64,000 nt of DNA from Octopus sinensis (Eukaryota): assembly GCF_006345805.1 (NCBI RefSeq), contig NC_043009.1, positions 18,166,001 through 18,230,000 of the forward strand, read 5' to 3'. The number at the start of each line of letters is the position of its first letter. Position 1 is the first letter of the stretch. Below, piece by piece: positions 54,626-64,000 of this stretch. The translations under genes were made by a program, and so were the position numbers. The notes below the pieces were generated by a model. It was not told the DNA's origin. It did no database searches and was given only the letters and a program-made list of their open reading frames with translations.

Positions 54626-54950
54626 TATTTTAAAAAATTTTCATGTCTTATTAGACACAATGCTGCTGTACTCCGATTTTTGGAAAGGATTATCCTGAAG
54701 TACTTGACCAGTACTGACGAAAACCTTTTGGTTTACAGACAAAGAAAAAGAAAGACACATTCCACAAATTCCGTCTTAAAGTAGAACAGCTAAATCATGC
54801 GCAAACGTCTCTAATATTGCGCCAAAATGTACATAGCTCTGGTTGTTTTAATTTCATTGAGGAAGTTTTATTTCAAACTTAGAGACCTGCTTCACTAGCG
54901 TTGCACTGATATAAAGAACCAAACGAAAATTATATACACATATATACACA

Positions 54951-55093
54951 GGCGTGGCTGTATGTTAAGATGTTTGTTTCTCAGCTACATGGTTCTGGGT
55001 TCAGTCCCACCGCGTGGCACCTTGGAACAGTGTCTTCTACTATAGCCTCAGGCCGACCAAAGTCTTCTGAGTGGATTTGAAAGAAAACCATCG

Positions 55094-55160
<67 letters not shown>

Positions 55161-55385
55161 TGTGTGTGCGCGTGTCTGTCTGTGTGTGTTTGTCCCTCCG
55201 TTACCGCTTGACAACCAGTGGTGGTGCGTATACGTCCCCATAACTTAGCAGTTCGGCGAAAGAGATCGAAAGACTGAGCACTAATCTTTAAAAATAAGTC
55301 CTGACGTCAATTGGTTTGATTAAAAACCTCCAAGGCGGTGCTCCAGTGTGACCGCAGTCAAATGACTGAATCAAATAAAAATATA
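54951..55385 (+). mobile_element. SINE family B, full length
   Basis: ggcgtggctg...gggttcagtccc...ggcggtgctccag..gaccgcagtcaaatgactgaa. Confidence 0.88.
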
Positions 55386-55399
55386 ACTTAACTTCTCCA

Positions 55400-55800
55400 C
55401 CTCCTGCTCTACCACACCAATCTCTCCATCCCTGACTCCCAATTTCTCCGTCTACGCAGGCTCTGCAGCAACGATCATGACTTTGAGACTCAGTCTAAAC
55501 TCATGGCTCGCCACTTCACCCTACATGGATATTATCCACACTGCCCTTGCCCGGGAACGATTATCCACACTGCCCTTGCAGTCCAACCCCTCCACCTTGC
55601 ACATCCTCCCTAGCCTACTCCTTCCCTACTTCAAACGAGCTCATAAGTTTCGTGACCTACTGGTCCACAGTTTCTTCCCTACCCCTGCCTCCCAGTCTGA
55701 GACCTCCCCTGCTTTCGCCCATGCTGTCGCACCTACCCTATCACGTCACCGTCTTTACCTGCACCTCCAGTAATCTTATTTACTACATCTCCTGCTCTCT
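55400..55800 (+). mobile_element. Penelope fragment covering the RT C-terminus to the GIY-YIG start
   Basis: Overlaps the 45.7-46.0 kb sequence (MARHF..GY..., FKRAH..RDLLVHS) and continues to FTCTSSNLIYYISC. Confidence 0.75.
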
Positions 55801-56727
55801 CTCTCCAATTATTCACTTCACACACCATTTCACACACATCCACAAACACCTTCCCACTCTACACACACTTGCACCGAATTCTACACACACTCAGCACCCA
55901 CACCAGACACCACACACATTATCCTCCCACTCACATAATACCACTATACAAGCATTCTCACACCCTGTTTAACTCAGTACACACACCATACACCATCATG
56001 CACACTCCCACACCCATACAAGTACATATTACTTGAACACAGACAATATATACACACACGCAATACGCATAGACACAGATAACTTGTGCCCACAAACATA
56101 CACTATACCCATGCACACTATTTAGTCGCAGACACACACATACAATCGTGCACACACCACCTGAACAAGCACACATCAACTGCTATACACAACATGCACA
56201 CATGTTAGCTCCCCCCATTAATACACACGTCCATACGCACACAAACACACACATACAATCACCCACGCATAAGTACTCACTCGCCCTCAATTACACATAC
56301 ACACATACGCTTGTGCACCTTAGTTCGTTGGGAGCCACCGTTACCTTTATTGTTATTATTATTAGTATTATCATCATCATCATTATTATTATTGTTATTA
56401 TTATCATCCTCATCCTCATTATTATTATTGTTTTTATTATTATTATTATTGTTATTATTATTATTATTGTTATTATTATTATTATTATTATTATTGTTAT
56501 TATTATTATTATCTGCCTTTCATTCAGCTTCTTTTTTCCAGTCATATCGTCATGTTGGATCGTTGAACTCCGCACATATTTCTCTCTTCGTTTTTTTTTC
56601 AATCTCTCTTAATCCTTTCGTTCGAAGACATTTTTCCAGAGCGTTAATCTAATACACCTGTTTTCGTCTTTTGTTTTCTGTAAATTTGAACCATATATAA
56701 ATATACATACATACATACATACATACA

Positions 56728-56759
<32 letters not shown>

Positions 56760-57128
56760 CAGTTGCGGCCAAAATGTTCAGAACGGCATTGTTTTCGTCA
56801 GAAAAGTAGGTATAAGCAGAGATAGTAATAGACCTTCTCAGACGTTTCCAACTGAGAGGTAACGACCGGACAACCCGAATGTGGTCATGGAACAATTTTT
56901 TCAGCCGTTCTGATCATTTTGGCCGCCATGGGTTTTGCAGTAAATCACTAATTCAGCCATAACTTTTGAATTATCCTCTCAAATTACACCAAAATCTCAG
57001 GCAATAACAAATAATATCGTATTTATTGTCTGTGAAAATTATAGAATATAAAACAACTTTGATAAAAAGTTATATCTATCTACTTTTCTGACGAAAACAA
57101 TGCCGTTCTGAACATTTTGGCCGCCACG
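56760..57128. mobile_element. Tc1/mariner-type MITE containing a captured neighbouring LINE segment
   Basis: About 50-bp TIRs (cagttgcggccaaaatgttcagaacggcattgttttcgtcagaaaagtag). 56816-56894 is an inverted copy of 57439-57522. Confidence 0.85.
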
Positions 57129-57177
57129 TATGTATATATATATATATATTATATATATATAATAGATATATATATAT

Positions 57178-57222
<45 letters not shown>

Positions 57223-57327
57223 ATATATATATATATTATATATATATATTATATACATGCATATATACATACATATATATAGATATATATAATATATATA
57301 TAATATACATATACATACATATATATA

Positions 57328-58210
57328 ATGGGTCAGATGATCTGTGTAGCTGACTATATGGAATTGTGGATAACCTACACTATCCTTGCCCACTGTCCTA
57401 CAGAATACTCTAAATACGACCTTGACGACCCGCTACTGTTGCTCCATGACCACATTCGGGTTGTCCAGTCGTTACCTCTCAGGCAGTTGGAAACGTCTGA
57501 GCAGGTCTATTACTATCTCTGCCCACGTAGTCTAGATGCGTGTCCAAGGTAGCGTTCTAATGCCCCACTAAAAGTAAAGGTCGAGACGTTCCCAGGAAAA
57601 CCTCCAGACGTCGAAAGAAACCTGGCCGACCTGTCAAGATCGATGCATAAACTGCTATCAGTCGGAAAGCACACCCATTACTGCCATCGACATCAAGAAG
57701 ACCAGCCTACCCTCCGAGTCTAGGAAAATTGCGCTTACTTTGAGATCCAGATTCTTCCGAAGAAGTACCGCGGTGCCATCCCCGCTCATTCTCGGCAGAC
57801 GCGGAGAAAAATAAATGTCGAAATGTCCGTTGAACATGGACTAGCGGGCCCGTGGGTTGTAGAGTCTGGTCTCGCTGATGGCTATGATAAGCAGATTATG
57901 TGACTTAGTGTCATTTCTACTCCTTGGCCAATCCAATTTTGTTGGTCCAGGATATGGATTTCCTCCTCGATATCGTAACAAATGGCAAACACAAGCCATT
58001 TTATTTCTATCTCAGGGGCCACATCTTTGATTTTATTTGTGACCCTACGAGTAAGGTATGTAGGGATCATCATTAAGTTGTCGCATTCAAAGGACTTTGT
58101 GGAAAGGTCCTTGGCTCGTCCTTCAATGTCGAATCTAACTTCGATCGTGGCATCTTTTTGTGATGTAGTCTTTAACATTTTTCTACTGTTTCTTGGGTGG
58201 CAGTTTCATA
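57328..58210 (-). mobile_element. L1/Tx1-like LINE fragment (ORF1 remnant plus APE endonuclease)
   Basis: GTAVLLRKNLDLKVSAIFLDSEGRLV...AFRLIAVYA...LLVG.*NATLD...IVSYTDH. Contains frameshifts and stops. Confidence 0.8.
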
Positions 58211-58508
58211 TAGTTTTGTTTTTAGGTTGAGTGTCTTGTAAATAATTGGGTTTTTTTTTTAAATTTCTTCTGTGATATATATATATATATACAATTGCAG
58301 CGTGGAAGTGTTTATAAGCCCGGATTTTTGTCAGTGAACAGGTCGCGGATTTTAGCGACGAAAATATTTTGACAAATTAAACTTAAATGTTGAAGTGAAT
58401 CGAACGGCTTTGTGTGTTTTCTTAAATGCTTCAAACACCTTCCACGCTGCAATGTTTTCGTTTCAACACACGATCTCAGATCCAATTACTTGCTATGCGA
58501 GTACATCT

Positions 58509-58554
<46 letters not shown>

Positions 58555-58619
58555 CCTGTATATATATATAAAAATGGAGGGAGATAAATTAATATTAATT
58601 TTAATATCAATTTAAAACC

Positions 58620-58973
58620 AATATATATATATATATTGTGGTGTTTGCAGTTGTATGGCGTATTCGTCTTTTTAAAACATCGCCTTGCAAGCAAGCAGTT
58701 CTTCCTTCGAAAAGGAAAATGATTCTTTTCTTTAGCCTTAAAGCTGCGACAAAATTGCTTTGAGTGTTCGGTGTTGATTGTGGCGGTCATGGCGGTAGTG
58801 GTAGCGGCAATGGTGGAAGCAGTGTTTAGAGTAGTAAACGTCGTCTTTACTTCTTTGTTTGTATCTTCTAAAGCCTGTGTGCGTTCAAGCCGAACGGCTT
58901 TGTCTTCAGCTTCCCTCACCCCTGACTTTCGTAGAGGCGGGAAGTCAATGGCATCCTGGTTTGATTTACCCAT
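58620..58973 (-). CDS. Candidate coding exon, Thr/Ala-rich then basic/Cys, unidentified
   Basis: Non-repetitive open frame MGKSNQDAIDFPPLRK...TTTAMTAT...CRSFK...CLLARRC...YNC. No homolog recognised and no clear splice donor. Confidence 0.25.
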
Positions 58974-59199
58974 TTTCGTTTAGAATATGACAAGGAAACC
59001 AAAGAAAAAAATTTTTTTTTGAAATTCTGGAAGTTCAATCCACGTGGGGGAATTACATATTAAAATATTTGTTAGACATCTCTTTCACAAAAAAGAAAAA
59101 AGAAATTCCACAAACAAACAGTTTTTCTACGCAAAAAAGCCAACTTACTTGGAGCCTATTTTTCAACAGTCCATTCAATAGATAGACAGACAGACAGAC

Positions 59200-59236
<37 letters not shown>

Positions 59237-59237
<1 letters not shown>

Positions 59238-59411
59238 CGGATGCTGGGGTGTTTACGTCCCAGTAACTTAGCGGTTCGGTAAAGCAGACCGGTAGAATAA
59301 ATACTAGGCTTAGAAAGAATAAATCCTGGGGTCGACTTCTTCGACTAAAAGCCTTTAAGGTGGTGCTCCAGCATGGCTGCAGTCAAATGTCTGAAACAAG
59401 CAAGAGAATAA
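59237..59411 (+). mobile_element. SINE family B 3' half
   Basis: gtttacgtcccagtaacttagcggttcgg...ggtgctccagcatggctgcagtcaaatgtctgaaac. Confidence 0.85.
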
Positions 59412-59462
59412 ATGTATGTATGTATGTGTGCGTGTATATATACATACACGCACACACACACG

Positions 59463-59503
<41 letters not shown>

Positions 59504-59504
59504 G

Positions 59505-59535
<31 letters not shown>

Positions 59536-59552
59536 ACACACACACAGAAACA

Positions 59553-60437
59553 CAGGATGCGGTCAAGCGGTCAATAAATTGTCTAAATTAAGCAAAAGTG
59601 AAAATAACACTAACATCTCATTTTAGCAGATGTATTTACCAAAATAACATAAAGATACTAAATACTAAAGAGTAAATTCATTCACTAAAATCGCCATTGG
59701 CTTCAACCACAACCTCCAGATGGCTTCGGACTCTTCGCACCTCTTCTGGACGGTCTTCTTGTTTAAGTTGGTGAATGTTGCCATAATCCTTGCCTTCGGT
59801 TCATTTTTGGTGTTACAAGCAGTTTTGTTGGTCTCTCTCGCTCGACTGCGCCCCACACATTATAATCAAGGGGGTTGCAGTCTGGGGACTTAGGTGGCCA
59901 CATGTTAGGGGTGATGCGGCCGCAGAAATTGTCTGACATCCATGACTGGGTTCTTCAACTTGTGTGGCATGACGCATAGTCCTGTTGCCAGACATAGGGT
60001 CTTCCAGCAGTCACCCTCTTGAACCTGGGCAGCACTACCTCCTCCAGGCACTTGATGTAGGCCTCCATGCTGAGTGTGAAGCCGTGTAGGAAGCTGAATG
60101 GAGGCATAACATCGCCATCACGAGTGATCTCTCCAGACATCATGATGTTGACTGGATGTTTAATTTTTATCACTCTTGGTACATGTTTTCGGGAAATGGC
60201 AAGCCAACGGTTGCTCTGTGTGTTCACCATGTGTTCGTATTAGAGCTTCCGGCGCGAATACTAAACATGTCGTTTCCAAATTTCTGGCAGAGCGAATTGC
60301 ATCATGGTGCTGTTTTACTTACAGACGGTGCCCAGCTCACCCTACGATACTGTGTAGTCGACAAAATCCAAAACAAACAGTGCGCATGCGCGGAAATTAA
60401 AGATATAAGATGGCTACAATTTACCCATCGCACCGTG
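59553..60437 (-). mobile_element. maT/DD37D transposon, internally deleted
   Basis: YVWQQD followed by exactly 37 codons to the D of NPLD. Same family as 50195-51472. Confidence 0.9.
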
Positions 60438-60468
60438 TGTGTGTGTATATATATATATACATACATAT

Positions 60469-60519
<51 letters not shown>

Positions 60520-61300
60520 AGTATAGGAAAGTATATACACATACAAACACGCGCACACCCCAGCGCACCCATACATAACCTTGCGTACATACAGGTTGTG
60601 ATATCAAACTATGGAAATTTTGAACTAAGGTGCCCTCAATACTAACTGAGACGGATACAACTGGTGTCTACTGCCGAGATATTTATTAGTTTCAAATTAT
60701 AGGAATTGAGGGTGCGGAGAACAAGAGAAACAGAGTAAGAGTGAGAGAGTATGTGTGTATGCGTTGTGAAAGAGACAGAAAGAGAAAGACGGAGATAAAA
60801 AAGCTTTCCGCTCCCCTAAAAAATCGGTCAAATTGCACCCATCCTTATGTTTGCGGGTAGGGAACTTTACCGCGTTTATTTACTTGATGCTCTCTCTCCC
60901 TTTCTTCTCTTTCTATCTCTCGAAATATAAACGCACGCGCGTACACATACAAAGCAGACAAAAGGAAATACAACTGAAAAGAGACACAGAAAAACTAGGT
61001 TCATTGTTAAAGTTGTCAACAACAAAAACAACTGAAATTAATAATTTTCATGCACATGCACGGACTCTACACACACTCACACACACACTCACACACACAC
61101 ACCACACACACACACAAATAACCATACGTATATACTTATCATTCTCACCATCTGGTTGTACATATGTATGTCTCAGTCTGTGTGTGGTTATATAATATAT
61201 ATATATATATTATATTATACTACATTATATTAGAGGAAAAATCAAAAAAACCAAGGCAGAATGAGTATCTTAAGTCAATTAGAACAATTTGATTAAAGTA

Positions 61301-61341
<41 letters not shown>

Positions 61342-61432
61342 GTGTGTGTGTGGTGTGTTGTATTGTAAGCACATGTGAATCGTTGGCGATTATTTTTTTC
61401 CTCCGTCTTCCTTTTCTATTGGACTTTCCTTT

Positions 61433-61469
61433 GTTTCTGAAGAAGAGCTTTGCTTGAAACACGTAAAAC
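61433..61469 (+). ncRNA. Hammerhead variant in a Penelope-type tail at about 61372-61560
   Basis: GTTT-CTGAAGA-A-GAGC(TTT)GCTT-GAA-ACACGT-A-AAAC. Same family as the 35 kb element. Confidence 0.65.
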
Positions 61470-61575
61470 CACCTTTCTTTCCTTTCCTGAGCGTCTGCTA
61501 ATACTTTACATGTACCACGTCCTCGCGTTGTTTTGTGTGTGTGTGTGTTTGTTCTTCGTATTTTTGGATATACTG

Positions 61576-61667
<92 letters not shown>

Positions 61668-61671
61668 TTTA

Positions 61672-62757
61672 CAGGGGTTGGACAAAATAATAGAAACACC
61701 ATCATAGCATCATATTTTGAAATATCTATAAAACCGCCAAAAGCCTCTTTATTTTTGTTTTTTGATATATTCTTAGTATTGCTAAGCCGGATTTTGCTAA
61801 AATTGCTGCTTCTTTTCAGATATCACCAGAAAAAGTTATTAAAATTCATTAAAATGACAGATCTATTGGACTTTCAAAGAGGTAAAATTGTTGGTGCTCG
61901 TATGGCAGGCGCTAGCGTAACGAAAACAGCCGAAATGTTTGGTGTATCAAGAAGACTGTCTCGAAAGTAATGACAGCCTTTGAGAAAGAGGAAAAAAACC
62001 TCCTCGTCGAAACAAAAGTCCGGAAGAAAACCAAAACTTTCAGATAGGGGCCGTCGGACTCCTACACGAATTGTTTGAAAGGATCACAAAAGCACAGCTC
62101 CCAAAATTACTTCAGAGCTTAATGACCTCTTCGAGAACACAGTTTCCACAAAAACTGTTTGCTGGGAGCTGCCCAAAGCCGGATTTCACGGGAGAGCTGC
62201 AGTCAGAAAACCACTACTTTCAATAACAAATGTTGCAAAGCATTTAGAGTGGAGTAAAAACCTACAGAATTGGTCTATAGAGCAGTGCAAGAATGTTATT
62301 TTCTCGGACGAGTCATCCTTTACTTTATTCCGACCACCGGCCGAGTATACGTGTGGAGACAGCCAAAAGAAGCATTTGACCCAGACTGCTTTCTTCCAAA
62401 TGTTAAACATAGAAGAGGATCTGGGGTGGGGCTATATCTTAGAAATCCGCCGGCCCGATGTTTTCCCTTCATGGCAGAATTAAATTAATATTTAAGCATT
62501 TTATCTGATTAAATTCATCCTATGGTTGCGGAACTGTTTCCGGGGGGAAACGCAATCTTTCAGGATGATAATGCACTGATTCACACAGCTAAAGTTGTTG
62601 CTAAATGACACGAGGAACATTCTAGTAAAGTTTAACATCTTATCCGCCACAATCCCTTGATCTCATTATTATTGAACATCTATGATGCATGTTAGAAAAG
62701 TAAGGAGTCGATATGCTCCACATCATCACTACAAGAACTGGAGACTGTTTTAGCTGA
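61672..62757 (+). mobile_element. Tc1-like DD36E transposon, left TIR plus most of the ORF
   Basis: ta|caggggttggacaaaataatagaaacacc; MTDLLDFQRGKIVGARMAGASVTKTAEMFGVSR...IFSDES...FQDDNA. Same family as 33612-34476. Confidence 0.92.
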
Positions 62758-62819
62758 TCTATACATGTAACTTACAATAAATTTGTTGAGTGCGCTTCTT
62801 TTGTTTGTCCACTCACTCT

Positions 62820-62868
<49 letters not shown>

Positions 62869-62971
62869 ATGTATGTATGTATGTATGTATGTATGTATGT
62901 ATATATAAAGAAGGCAGAACGAGTATATCAAGCTACTTATAATAACTTAATTAGGGTGAGGTGAATTTGAA

Positions 62972-63037
62972 ATCTTACAGCTGTTTCTGAGATACCCCAA
63001 GCGATATCCGTACACTGGGTACTCTGTCATCAGAGAC
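62972..63037 (-). ncRNA. Hammerhead (ACAGCTGT family) in a Penelope-type terminal region
   Basis: GTCT-CTGATGA-C-[imperfect long stem II]-GAA-ACAGCTGT-A-AGAT. Confidence 0.7.
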
Positions 63038-64000
63038 AAGGTATGTTATGAAAGTTCTCGACAAGGAAGTTCACAGTTTATAAGGAATAAAATAGAGGAA
63101 TAAAGAGTGAAAGTAGATAGAAGAATATTGACAAGAGAAAAAGTCCCTAGTTCGTCTTTTTCCATAGGGTATGGCGGCTGGTCTGTACTTCCGTGAAGGT
63201 ATAGGCCCTTAGCTATAATTCCAGGTGGATCCAAGCAGTATTTTGACAGTGTTTTGAATGATACGTTCATATTGAGTAAGTGGTTAGCTACTATGTAAGT
63301 GGCCCACGTGGGTGTATAGAGTGAGAAAGACATCAAGAATACTCAGAAATGGGTTGTGAGTGAATGGATAAAAGAGAAAGGAGAAAGAGAGAAAAGGGAA
63401 AGGAATGGGATAAGTGCAGGAAAGAATGGGAGCGAAAGTAAAATCAAAAATCAAAAATAAAAATAATAAATAAAAAATAAAAAGGGTAAAAATAGAGATA
63501 AAATGCCAGTATTATTCTTAGTAAGTGTCGGTCCGGGGTGAGAGGGTAGGGGTTAAGGTTTTGGTAAAGTGGAGGGGGAAGGAATTCATGCCTATTAAAT
63601 AGATGAAATCTCGGTTAGGTGTGGTCAGTGGCCAATAGGAATAGCTGAAAACAGAAGCCAAGCTTAAGGGTGGGGTATATAGGATAAAATTACAATTAAA
63701 TGGATATAAAAAATTAGAATTTAAAAGTTAAAAACTAAGTCAAAAGCAAAAAATAAAAATTAAAAGTTCATTAAAAAATTAAAGAATTAAAGCTACTTAG
63801 TTTCTAAGGTACTTATGTTGATAGAGAAGAAAAGGAAAGGAAAAACGTGGATGCATATAGGTAAGTGTTATGTATGTTGATTTTGCTTCCATTTGGAACT
63901 ATGGAAGAATCTAAAGGTGCGAAAGAACTTGTGCTTACATTTAGAAAATGCTTTGTATTGTTTATTGAGCAATTGTGGTGAATTATAAATTAACATTTAA

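Noticed and set aside
54712-54750. CTGACGA followed by a small stem
   Set aside because: No GAAA, stem III or stem I partner, so not a hammerhead. The same applies to CTGANGA hits at 5902, 6336, 11388 and 11796.
55800-56320. Long G-poor, CA-rich tract
   Set aside because: Best explained as a decayed CA microsatellite; no period or motif found.

Overview
AT-rich, microsatellite-saturated animal DNA. The repeat vocabulary (tRNA-derived SINEs, TA/CA/CATA/AAT/GA arrays) looks like an octopus/coleoid cephalopod genome; this is inferred from recalled repeat families, not from a search. I could not confidently identify any host protein-coding gene. Almost all ORFs in the track are microsatellite read-throughs or decayed transposon fragments. 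The window contains: four local families (A-D) of tRNA-headed SINEs; CR1, RTE, L1/Tx1-like and RLE (R4/Dong-like) LINE fragments; a long Penelope-like RT element; Tc1 (DD36E spacing), maT (DD37D) and mariner transposon remnants; several MITEs; and a full-length U6 snRNA-like copy. The strongest unexplained signal is about nine type-I hammerhead ribozyme motifs in short microsatellite-embedded elements. Two are structurally intact (3478-3521 and 51710-51765). Their stems covary between families and their stem III sequences are palindromic and family-specific. One family joins a tRNA-like Pol III head to a hammerhead-bearing Penelope-type tail, making it a candidate Penelope-mobilised SINE.
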